Below, one piece after another: positions 12,641-23,751 of a DNA stretch of 64,000 bases. This DNA is from Lingula anatina (Eukaryota > Animalia > Brachiopoda), in the NCBI GenBank assembly GCA_051362555.1, contig CM120645.1, positions 19,034,001 through 19,098,000 on the forward strand, written 5' to 3'. The position numbers and the translations under genes were made by a program. Positions within the stretch are counted from its first letter, which is position 1; every line of letters starts with the position of its first letter. The notes beneath the pieces were generated by a model. The model did no database searches. It saw only the letters and a program-made list of their open reading frames with translations, and was not told where the DNA came from.

Positions 12641-12893
12641 ACTGTAACAATTGATCAAAGTCTGTATTTGAGACGAACAATTTTAATGAAATTTGAACTG
12701 TTCTGAGGCTATAATTCTATGCGGTGTATACTATGCTCCCAGTAGGCCGTCCCAAAACAAGAGGCTGATTCAGTATATTCATTGGGTTGTACTTTGAATC
12801 TTGATAGTGCCAGGTAAATATTGATCATGGACACATTTATCTATTCGAGAGAGGGGGGCATGGGTGACCGTTAACATAGAACCAGTAGACTTA

Positions 12894-13107
12894 CACCCCA
12901 TTTCCATAGATTAGATCGACTTCTTTAGATCGACCTAACTCCCTGGGGGTTCACGCTAAATAGCTGTCAGCCGGGCGGACACGAAAGTTAATTACCCCTT
13001 ACAGCTTGTAGTAGGCGGGACGGACATTTAAGTCGGATTATCTGAAAGTAATCTAGTGAGACTCCCCGCGGGGATAGATCGATCTAAAATCTATGGAAAT
13101 AGAGCCC
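12894..13107 (+). mobile_element. ~215-bp PIF/Harbinger-like (Tourist-type) MITE, copy 1 of 4
   Basis: TIR-like CCCATTTCCATAGATTAGATCGA...TCGATCTAAAATCTATGGAAAT; near-identical copies at 39934, 54438 and 63216; TTA/TAA TSD visible at copies 2 and 3. Confidence 0.9.
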
Positions 13108-13134
13108 TAGTTTCATGCGCTGCCGTGTATCATA

Positions 13135-13690
13135 GAGCGCATTCAGAACAGGTCCGCGGATCAAATTTGGCGACCCACTAAAAAGCTTGCCAAGTAGACA
13201 CTGAATAGATTCCCCGCGGGGATTACGCAACAAGCATTCAAGTGGGTCGGCCATATTTGATGCGTGGATCTGTTAGTATGTCCTTCTGAATGAGCGCATT
13301 TAGAACAGTGGACTAACAGATCCGCAGATCAAATATGGCGACCTACTTGCCCCTTAATTCAGGATTAGACATTGAATACATTTCCTGCAGGGATTAGGCA
13401 ACAAGCATTCAAGTGGATCGGTCCTATTTGATCCGTGGATCTGTTACTTAGGCCCCATTCAGAATGAAAGATCCGAGGACTAACTGGTCTAAGGCTCAGA
13501 TATGGCAGACCCTACATGAAAGGAAGACCGCTAAATCCTGTAATGGTCTGTCCGCCTCCGGTCGAATGGAGCCGAGATTTGATGACTGTCCCCCGCAGGG
13601 ACGACGCGTAGGGAGGCATATGTGAGAGGCGTTCATTATTTGTATGCTGTCGTTTGGATCTGAAGATTGGGTGAATAGAAAGGGTTCCCT
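13135..13690. mobile_element. Tandem cluster of 2-3 palindromic MITEs (GCGCATTCAGAA ends)
   Basis: Units ~13135-13293 and ~13292-13450 are each self-complementary (GATCCGC.GATCAAATATGGCGACC / GGTCGGCCATATTTGATGCGTGGATC) around a CCCCGCGGGG or CCTGCAGGG centre; a diverged third unit starts tta|GGCCCCATTCAGAA at ~13452. Confidence 0.7.
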
Positions 13691-15239
13691 TTTTCATTGT
13701 TACTCTATAATTGGCAGTGTTCTTTCGTTGCTCGGCGGTTTAAAGGGAATGTCTTTGTCTGAAGATTTTGAGCTGGTGTGACAAGAATGGCAGTCCTAGG
13801 AATCGAAGTCCGGGGTTCCATATGATTGAAAAGCTTAGGGTTAGTCGGAGTATTGTGGTTAGTATATTTTCGGATACAGCGTGACAATCCACCAGACGAC
13901 TTTGAACTACGTGGATTTTGTTACAGCGATATGAGCACAACAACGCTCCGTAACCGTGACCGGGTTGTCGGACTCAGACCAAATAAATCAATCTGTGACA
14001 CACAGTCTAGATTTGAGCAAGATTTGAACGCCACGGGTCGCTCTCACTGAAGAACTAAAAAAAAGGCACGTTGCTTCTATTCATTTTGGTAGGAAAAGTA
14101 GCATAAAGCACATTTTCCTGGGTTAAACGACAACTTTCCCATACATACCAATAGTTAATGTATTTGTTCCAACATTTAAACTTAGTTGATTGAGTTTTTT
14201 TTAACAAAGAGTTTGGCTTTTGTAAAAGGAGATTATTACTGAGGGTAGTTATTACCGACAATTCACTATCTCGCGGTCAAAGTACGTATAAACCACTTGT
14301 ATTAGTTTCTTTTACGACAAGAGTTAAGTCGACGTTCAAAGGGATAAACTGAATTTATCACTCAATCGGCCATAAAAGTGTTTAAAAACTGCACCTTCTA
14401 TAAATAACTGGTCGTATACTGAATTGACCTATTTATCTGTCCCTTCAGTTCATAAAAGGCCGCCAAACTGAAGTAGAAATGTATAGCGCAGTTATTCAAA
14501 TGAGTTGCCGAAAACGACAGAGGGTTATTAATATCTAAGAAAGAAACATAAATATCCGTTCAATCATCAATTTTCGGAAAATATGAGACGCTGGCGATTT
14601 GTATTTCTATACGTTATGCTATTTAGAACTGTATGGTGACATCTATTCGGGTTTTGTGGCAAAATTTTACTTCAAATCAATCTTTTATTCAGTTCGCTTA
14701 TATTATGGTCAAAACTATTCTACCTTTGTCATTGTCACTGAGAAAGACAACAGGCGATAACACTTGGCATGTTTTTTGGTTGAAAAATTAGACCATTTTC
14801 CTTCTGTTCAGAATCCCTCACTTGCTAGCTATTTGATACTATATTTGATTTTCATTCATAGCACAAATTAGATTGAATGTTTCCCTTGTTGTCATTTTAA
14901 AGTGGCATTCAACCGCCTGTATGTGGTCAGTCGCATTGTGCTTACAGCTGTTATTAGTAAGTGTTAAATAGTAGAGTTACTGTTTCAAACCTGAATGCAG
15001 TTCAAAATGCAGTTTTGTCTTTGCTCGTCCGAAACTCGCTAACTGTTACTAGACATTCCTTTATGCTTTCTGTATAAATAACGATTTGGGGTCTCTTGCG
15101 CCTTCATTCTCTTGATAAAAAAAGTCCAGAAAGCAAACAAAAAAGTTTAAATTAAGACATAGATAATAGATATCAATAACTATTGCCTCTTTGTTATTTT
15201 TATTCTTGAATGCTTTTGTTTTATTAACAGGTGTGACCC

Positions 15240-16325
15240 ATGGCTGACGCTCAAGGACGCAAGAAGGTGTTTGCAGTGGGTTTGATTGCCGGAATTTGCA
15301 GTTTGATTTTACTTATGTTTGCATTGGAAATTATTCCGCCAATCCCAATGCTGACTCCAACACCACAAAAACAATATTATAATGGGACCAAACCTAAAGT
15401 CATTTTATTTTGGACTAAATTTTTCGGATTAAATCACTGGGGGTTTGACCCCTTGGGAACTGTGCCGTTCGAACGTTTAAAAGACTGTCCAGTAGTTTGC
15501 GAAATGACGGATCAAAGATCTCGCTTAAAAGAGGCTGATGTCATTGCGTTCCATGCTTTAGAATTGGGAGACAGGCCCCAGGTTAAACTTCCAAACCAGA
15601 GGTGGCTTCTGAATATGATGGAAAGCCCTTGCTATTACGATTTGAAACATTTAAAGAACTGGAAAGGAGTTTTTAACTGGACGATGACGTATAGGGCAGA
15701 TTCTGATTTCATAGCAAATTATAGTGAATTGAAACCGATGACAACACCAAGGAAAAGAAACTATTCCGCTATTATGAGTCTAAAAAGTAAGAAAGTGGCT
15801 TGGTTTGTAAGTAATTGTAACACTCCAGGAAAGAGAGAGAAGTATGTGAAGGAACTACAACGCTACATACCTGTAGACATATATGGCGCCTGCGGTCCAA
15901 TGAAGTGCCCCGCCCATACGCCATGTGAAAAACATATCTATGAAACTTATAAATTCTATCTCTCATTCGAGAATAGTCTGGCGAATTTTTACATCACAGA
16001 GAAGTTTTTTAAGACTCTAAAACACGACATTGTAAGCGTAGTTCGAAGTGGGGTCAACTACTCATTTTATGGTATAAAACCTGACTGGTTTATAGACGCA
16101 AGGAAGTTCAAAACACCGAAGGATCTTGCTAATTTTTTAATAGAAATAGACAAAGATGATAGCAGATACATCCGATATCTGCGCAGCAAGGAGAACGTCA
16201 CATCCGTCGACGAATATTATGAATGGTGCAACGTCTGTAAGAGTATTAATAATGATACCAATTCGAGAACATATTATGATGATATTCTACAATGGTGGCA
16301 ACGGAATCCGTGCATCCCACCGTAG
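15240..16325 (+). CDS. Alpha-1,3-fucosyltransferase (GT10 family), copy B, 361 aa, single coding exon
   Basis: Same motifs as copy A (FNWTMTYRADSD, VAWFVSNC, YKFYLSFENSLANFYITEKF); acceptor ttattaacAG|GTGTGACCC-ATG. Confidence 0.95.
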   Translation: MADAQGRKKVFAVGLIAGICSLILLMFALEIIPPIPMLTPTPQKQYYNGTKPKVILFWTKFFGLNHWGFDPLGTVPFERLKDCPVVCEMTDQRSRLKEADVIAFHALELGDRPQVKLPNQRWLLNMMESPCYYDLKHLKNWKGVFNWTMTYRADSDFIANYSELKPMTTPRKRNYSAIMSLKSKKVAWFVSNCNTPGKREKYVKELQRYIPVDIYGACGPMKCPAHTPCEKHIYETYKFYLSFENSLANFYITEKFFKTLKHDIVSVVRSGVNYSFYGIKPDWFIDARKFKTPKDLANFLIEIDKDDSRYIRYLRSKENVTSVDEYYEWCNVCKSINNDTNSRTYYDDILQWWQRNPCIPP

Positions 16326-19300
16326 ATCTCATAATATTTTTAATGCATTTTCCACTGATAAACCGTCAAATTTTAATTTTTTTTATTTATTTTATTTATT
16401 TTTTTGTAATTTTGTGTTGCAGCTATAAAATATATTGTTTTGTTATAGTCATTAGAAAGAATAATTTCTAGCGATGTATAAATGTAAAAGGATGAATGGA
16501 AAGAAAACACAAGTTATTCTGGGATTATGATAAAATTTAATCTAATCATAATATAGCTTTATGAACCAATACATTCACTTGAGAGTTCAACCTCCTTGGA
16601 GACGGCGTACTAATTGTAGTATGAGACAAACCATTCACCAGCATTAATAATAATATGAAGAAAAAAATTTCTTGGGGATTTTCCTGGGGTAAACGACGAT
16701 GTTTCCATACTAACCAAAACGGAATTCATGATATTTCTATGTGTTGTTTACAATGTATTTAATCTGAAATTTTGAAACTCATATGAAGAGATGTTATTTG
16801 CTAAAAAAAAAAGAATTCTTTATTGGTGTTTTAAAAAATTCCCTTATGGTGCACTGCTAACGTACTACTGTGAACGAAATCAACAATTATACATTTTCAT
16901 GATAAAAATGAACTTTCGACGTCAGATACTTATATGAGAGATTTTTATAAGTGTTTTTAAGGTCTGAATTGTAGCTTTTAGGGAGATGCAGGCATTGTGT
17001 ATCTGACCTAGGAAAATTTTCAAAAACGTATACCTTTTTTTTTATCGTGGAATTTTAGTTGGTTTTTAGCCACTGTGTCCACGCACTGTGTCCACGCACT
17101 GATAAAATTTTTAATTTCAGTAATTTTCTGCTCATTGCGTTTTAGAATACTGTAAAGTAATTGCGATCGTGTCTCTCCCAAGAACCTCTAACACATTGCT
17201 ATCTACAGGCCTCAACTATTTGTTCCATCAAGTTTAACAAACGTAGCTTCTTTATTCTGGTTTGCCCTTTTTTAATGTACACGCATATTCTTAAACATTG
17301 CTGTAGCCGATTTATTTTTATGAATTCTCAGGAACTGAAAGAAGCAGGATAAAAATTATAGTCCCATGATATTTATATATAGTTCAAAGTTACAAACTTA
17401 GTTTTTATAGATGTTAAAAGGTGGCGCTGCACGGCGGTGCTCTGCATGCTTCTGTGCCTGTGGCTGGTAGCTTCGTGCCGTTTTATAACCAAATTTGTAA
17501 ACATCAAATTCAAATTTCAAATTTAATTATTAAAGAAAAATACTCATTTCCGTAAGGTATGAATATACTATAAAATAGGTAAATATTTAAAAGCGAAAAA
17601 AAAATCAAAGTGACAGTTTAGGCCTACTGTAAAGGAGATGTCAAGCGAGAAAATAAATAGCCACTGAAAACTGATTTTTCGCACATAATTTTGTCTTGAG
17701 ATGTCTCGAAAATACTCAGTTCGGTCAACACATTTGCTACAAAACTATCCAAATGAGATTGCATTGAAATTCCATAGGTCAGACAATCCACCGCCTTCTA
17801 GACACAACAGTATTCCGCGACTTCCATCAATAATATCGATTTGGCCGCTGTGTATCGCCGCGAGCAGTCCCGTAACGGCCTAATTGTGCAACAACACGTC
17901 AGTATACTACGCAGATATCATCAAAAATAGAAATGATTTATCGAAGCTTACTGGGAAGAATCCAGTACTTTCTACGCATCTTAATGCACAGACATCTGTT
18001 TCGGCGAGATCGATAATAACATTAACTCAGGGACATTGAACTCGTATTTTTTCTCCGTCTGACTTACGGATGGGAATAAACATGTAAAAGCAGCTGAACA
18101 CGTGTGGAGAGAGCGATCACATCCAGTTGTGTATTTGTTTATGCTCTTTTTGCTACTGACACTAGTTTGAGAATTGGTGGGGGGGGGGGGGGGGGGGGGT
18201 ATCGCATAATCTTAACATGTATATCAATGCTGTTAAGTGGTGTATTGGGGGAATAGGAGGGCCTACAGGTAGAATAAGTCCGTCAGCGTGCTGTACAGTC
18301 ATGCTCTGTAGGCGAATAGAAGTTTAAAACATCGAGTCGGTAATAAAAGATGAGTAACAATTGTGACAATAAAATTAATAAATAATGAATACATTGATAT
18401 TGGCATTAAAGCTAAAGATATCGAGATACGAGTTGTGAAGTGTCGAGTCGTGGAAATGACACCTATACCACTACTTTGTCGTTTTTAACCGCATTTTGAG
18501 TTCAACGGGGCGGCCTGCATTGATTAAGACAATGTTGAAATATAAATAGACTATTTACAACAAGAAGAGTCAGCCTCTGTCGATTTGTAATTACTGTAAA
18601 TCAGCAGGCATATGCCATTCTCGATCGAATATTGATTCTGGGATGGAAATACGATTTTCCCAGGGTAGTAAATACGACTGGGCGTTAATCAATCCGAAGA
18701 TCACGCGATTATTGAATGCGTTCTTTTGACGTTTTTGACAAGATGTAGCATCGGGCCTTTTGAAGGAAACAGAATTTTTGGTAAGGTGTATCCCCTTCCC
18801 CCAAAGAAAGAAAAAATCCCATGCACGAAGCCGTTATGAAGCTACCCCACCCCAACATTCCTCCCGTACAGACTATCGTAATCTTTGTCATGACATTCGA
18901 TGAATAATGTAATGTTACAAGGGGTTACTTCTCCTCATAACACTGTCGTCCGCTCTATCCTTCCCAAAATACGCCTCCAGGAAACTTAATCCGCCTCTTG
19001 GCAAGGTCCGTTTTTTGACAGTTTATCTTGTACTGTGCAAACATCTTTGCTGGGCATATATTTATACTTTGCAAAATTGCCTTCTATGAAAAAAATGCGA
19101 GCTGTTTGTTTGTAGGTGCAAATGTAACATAAACATCTAAAAATACAGTTTTAAGTGGCGAAAAAACCTGAGTGGCTGGAAATGAGGCTCGTTTTTTATT
19201 TGGAAACGATTTTCATTGTGAGTTTAGTGCGCGACAGATTTGACAACTTCACACGATTAGGGTTGCATTCTGCACATTTTTACTTGTTTTTCCTCTCTAT

Positions 19301-19386
19301 ATCCAGTGAAATACCGTCAAAATGAACGGCATTACAATACCGATTTTATGGTAGGCCTAGGTAATATATATTGCCAACATGTATTT

Positions 19387-19519
19387 CAGGCCTGTAGCCA
19401 GCCATTTGAAAGAAAAGGGGGGGGGGGGGGGTCTTTTTCTGATAAAGTGGACCTTTTCCTTTTCTGATAAAGTGGACCCTTCCCCCCCCCCCCCCCCCGA
19501 CCCCCCGGCTATGGGTCTG
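19387..19519. mobile_element. MITE with CAGGCC.GTAGCC TIR and 5-bp TSD (hAT5-like), copy 2
   Basis: CAGGCCTGTAGCC...GGCTATGGGTCTG flanked by TATTT on both sides; shares internal AAAGTGGACCTT with 8692-8882. Confidence 0.8.
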
Positions 19520-19533
19520 TATTTAATTCGTTT

Positions 19534-19572
<39 letters not shown>

Positions 19573-21029
19573 TTTGCCATTGTAAATTGTATGTTTCGAT
19601 TGCTCGAAGTAGTGTCCATAATATCACATGCATGTTGACAAATCTACTGGTTTGAGCATGTGTGAATCATTTGTTGTTCAGTTGGTAACAAATTATGACC
19701 GTGTTTTTTTTTTTAATTTTAACAGTTAAAAACCGTTGCGGACCCTCTTGATCATGGTCACCCCACCCCGCCCCGCCCCATGCTGTCGGTAGAACTTAAA
19801 CTTTACACCTTAATACAAAAATACTACCTATTGCGAAACCATCGATCAAAACAACCCAGTGACTCGTGATTCAGACGCTGACTCTCTTCCTTGATCTAAT
19901 CTATCTTTCTCAGCATAAAATTTCAATAATTCCGCCAAATATATCGCAAGCCAGCACCCAGTCACCGCCAAACTATGATTCAAAAGTTGGCTATTAACTG
20001 CCGTAACGGCTTATTCACAGGTATCGAGCAAAATAGTAAACAAAACATTCCTCTGCCCATCGATAAGCTGATTCAGATTCACGTTTCTTTGGAGAGAAAT
20101 TGTTTACATAGCCTTCCCATAATACGACCAGGGTCGACCAGCATCTGCTGACACCTAGCGGCAATACAGAAATGATAGCAATAAATGGAAGTTTTGAGTT
20201 TTGGATACTTGATACTCTAGACCATGGCCGACAAAAGGGTACCTCAAATATTTCTAAATAAACAGGAGGCGGGAGTCGTTACAAACACACATCGGTCATT
20301 TATTCAATCGTTTTCGCCTCATTGATTGTTTTGTTGTGGAAACCTTTGTACTTTATTGAACTCAAAATACTTGACATACTATGGGCAACGACCGCCTTGG
20401 AAGTCTGCCACTTTTCTTTTTACAATTTAACTGCACCTGTATGCATAATTCAAAATATTATATTTACATGTGTACCGCCCGGTAAACAGCTTGCATAACT
20501 ACAGCAAAATAAAGAGGGCATTTAGCGGACAGAAGGCTTGTAGATGGCATTCATTAAGAATTCCCATGAACTCCGTCCCGCCCATACTTTAATAAAAGAA
20601 AAAGAGGGAAAAATTTGCTGTTTGTTTAATACTTCATGTTATAAAACTAATTTTAACACATTTTTCAACTGGATTTTAAATGATTAAGACAGATAAATAT
20701 AAAAAATTATTGAACTTTGAAATATTCTTTGAAGCAGGTATTTAAAATGGGAGTCCACAATAAAGTTCACTACTGATCAATAAACTAGACATAAGCGGAA
20801 TATGATCAAAATCAGCGAAAAAATAAGTTATTCATGAGCGTTAACTAAATATACAATGTTAATAATCACTTCTGAAGTTTATAAAATAAAAGATCATTAG
20901 AAATTCCCTTAGAACCACTCATTACAGATTGATTTTCGTTAATTTCAGGTGTGTGTAACTAGCTGCAAACGTTTATAAACATAACTGGTTATGCGAGTGT
21001 CGTGTGCTGCGTAGGAACAAAGAATCGAT

Positions 21030-21290
21030 GTTGGCGGGCCGAGTTCCCGCCAGCTGTCCATTCATTATGCTTCCCGCGTGGCTTGCTCTTATCTGATTGG
21101 CCGACACGTCACTATCATCATGGAGAAAACGAAGGAATTCGTGATTGGGCGGATCCTTTGTGTCCATGGCTGTGATTGGTGAAAATCTTTGGACGCATGC
21201 CAGCACGCTTGGAATGTCATTGTACCTGCTGGCCTGCCGCAGCACACAGCAACCAGACGGAAACTGCTTCCGCCAAAGAGTTCTTCAGTC
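21030..21290 (+). promoter_or_regulatory. Pim promoter (CpG-rich; three inverted CCAAT boxes, three E2F-like sites, Inr)
   Basis: ATTGG at 21096, 21144, 21175; TTGGCGGG 21031, TTCCCGCC 21044, TTCCCGCG 21071; TCAGTC initiator-like at 21285. Confidence 0.6.
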
Positions 21291-21357
21291 TGGCTTCAAA
21301 AAGCAAACTGATATAAATTCAAAAAATCAAAACACGACCTCCGAATAATACCTTGAC

Positions 21358-21376
21358 ATGAGAAAAATGGAAAAAG
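21358..21376 (+). CDS. PIM1: Probable alternative first coding exon (1a) of Pim kinase (MRKMEK-G)
   Basis: ATG AGA AAA ATG GAA AAA G|GTTAGT: phase-1 donor compatible with exon 2, ~70 nt after the Inr-like motif. Confidence 0.5.
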
Positions 21377-21621
21377 GTTAGTTTGCGATTTCTTTGCGCT
21401 TTTTGTACGTTTTGTAAGAAGGCTGGCCGGGGGCCAGCTTAGGTCACGCAGTCTAGCGTAGGAATCTTAGCGGGTTTGCCAGTAACAATGCAGCTCAACG
21501 TACGTATAGTAGTGTAGTTCAAATCTTCACATCAAAATATTGGAGTTAGTCGCGAGGACGACAGCTCTGTGGATTACCGTCTTTGTTATCCTATCTCCAT
21601 ACAGTATAAGGATAATACAGC

Positions 21622-21703
21622 ATGTTGGGTAGGAAGCACAATATATTAGGAGTATTTTCTCCGCATCATGGAAATCATCATACGGATAAGGAATCTAAAG
21701 TTG
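21622..21703 (+). CDS. PIM1: Pim-family Ser/Thr kinase exon 1 (1b), 82 nt
   Basis: MLGRKHNILGVFSPHHGNHHTDKESKV-G|GTGAGT; in-frame TAA 9 nt upstream of the ATG; phase 1. The symbol denotes the Pim family (co-ortholog of PIM1/2/3). Confidence 0.8.
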
Positions 21704-21797
21704 GTGAGTAAAATTTTATTTGAAGTCGATTTCGTAACATCGAGTAGTATTCAATCTGGTTAGATCAAGTGGCTCATTGTGCCTTTGTATGTTACAG

Positions 21798-21904
21798 GAA
21801 AAGAGAGAGAGACCTTTGAGAAGTCATACACAGTTGGACCAGTTTTAGGAAGTGGAGGTTTTGGAACAGTGTACGCTGGAACAAGGAGAAAAGACGGATT
21901 ACCT
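21798..21904 (+). CDS. PIM1: Pim kinase exon 2 (Gly-rich loop), 107 nt
   Basis: ttacAG|GAAAAG...; [35 protein letters not shown]|GTAAGT. Confidence 0.95.
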
Positions 21905-22037
21905 GTAAGTTTTCACACCATAATGAATTGCTATTTCGTGCACGTGCCCCATTATTATTATACAGGGTAAAAATCGATTTCGTTGCTACAACTTGAAGAA
22001 ACATGCGCTTATCAGTATTCTTTCTGTTTGATTTTAG

Positions 22038-22085
22038 GTGGCAATCAAACACGTCTTGAGGCAGAAAGTTACAGAATGGGGACAG
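22038..22085 (+). CDS. PIM1: Pim kinase exon 3 (VAIK), 48 nt
   Basis: ttttAG|VAIKHVLRQKVTEWGQ|GTAAAT. Confidence 0.95.
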
Positions 22086-23223
22086 GTAAATAGCATTTTC
22101 ATTGATTTTTCTATGGTGAGAAGTACTCAGACTGCGATTTTGGCACGCGGCCAACTGGCTCGCGACGCGGAAGAGATACCATTTCCAACTTCTCTATTCG
22201 GCTTACAGCGAAAACAGTTCGATTTTCGGAAATAGTAGGAGATATGAAAGCGATAGAAATATATTGGGAAATTTGCGTCATGTTACTTACTCTTTGTTTA
22301 TCTTGAGTGCTAAGGTAGTTTCCCGCCATGAGAAAGGCCTTTGTTGGAAAGTAAATAAACAAACAACAAACGCGCAATGAAAGTTTGAACGAGAATTCTG
22401 GTTCTTTGTTAGGCGGGAACTACGATGAATTTCTTTCGTAACGGAAAGAGTCGAGAGGCTCGTGGGAAACTGTTGATATTGAGAGCGGCTAGGTCATTTG
22501 AGGATTATAGCGTATAACCATGACTTAATTTACATACAAAATACCTCGCGTGCCGTCTCAGTGGGGAGGTTGTGAAAGTAAGGCGCAGTTAAATTTTTCG
22601 AAAGTATAAAAAAGTCTTTTAAACACGAATAACACAATTTATGTTGCTCTCGTTTATTTGGGAGTGGAAATGGCTTACTGCTTATTATAAGTAGCACCGC
22701 CCCTAAATTCGCTAACTCACGCCGCGGTGACTTGCAGGCACATTCTTTCACTCTAGTGTGACTCATTCCGCATACCAAATATTTCTTTTACGTTTGAGAG
22801 ATGAATTGTAAATTTCTCTTCCTTGTCCCGGCTTTGAGGGTGTGTGCCTTGATTCGAAGAATGAATTGAAGTAAATAAAAGGACTGAATGTGAAACGGCG
22901 TCCGGGATCACTTTTTCGTGGAACTCCTTAATTTCCTCGTGGTTTCGGTTATCTGCCATATGTCGAGCCGTGTGTAAATAAGTGATATCTGTTAACATTG
23001 TCACAAGACTAAATTTACTATGATAGTGCGAAGTACCCGTTATTTGCACAAGAGTGGACTTTATACCTTATATGAACGTTAGAATACTGCACTTGTTCAC
23101 TCCCCGCTGGCTTAGGCATAATCTTAGTGCAAAAAAACTGAAACATTGTGAATAAAAAAGTAAAACGATTTATCTTTTTACTATTGTACTGCAAAGTTAC
23201 AATTTTTCTTTTATCTCTTCCAG

Positions 23224-23587
23224 CTAAATGGACAATTATTACCCATGGAAATCTGTTTAATGAGGAAAGTTTCACATATACCAGGAGTTGTAAGACTAAT
23301 AGAATATTATGAAAGGACAGATAGTTTTATCATTATTATGGAAAGGCCAGAGCCTGTTAAAGACTTGTTTGACTACATCACAGAAAAAGGTGCTCTTAGC
23401 GAAGAACTAAGCAAAGACTTCATGAGACAAGTTGTGGAGACTGTGATAAACGTACACAAAGCTGGAGTAGTTCACAGAGACATTAAGGATGAGAATATTT
23501 TAGTAGATCTCAGGACTGGGCAGCTGAAGCTCATAGACTTTGGCTCTGGTGCCATTCTCAAGGATACCGTGTACATTGATTTTGATG
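23224..23587 (+). CDS. PIM1: Pim kinase exon 4 (hinge, HRD, DFG), 364 nt
   Basis: [13 protein letters not shown]...[17 protein letters not shown]...[10 protein letters not shown]...[18 protein letters not shown]|GTGAGT; the ERPEP proline hinge is diagnostic of Pim. Confidence 0.97.
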
Positions 23588-23751
23588 GTGAGTACTGCTT
23601 ACTTTTCTCAGCAATTAACAAAAATTAAAACATCTAGAGCAGAAATCTTGTCGTATTTGAACAGGATGTGAGGGTTAGAGTTGGGGGAGGATTACTGGGA
23701 TGGGCTTGATACAACATGCAATGAATGATTATAATAGCAGTCTATATTTGC

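Noticed and set aside
21340-21621. CUG-initiated N-terminal extension like mammalian Pim-1L
   Set aside because: In-frame TAA at 21613-21615 (exon 1b) and 21346-21348 (exon 1a) block any extension.
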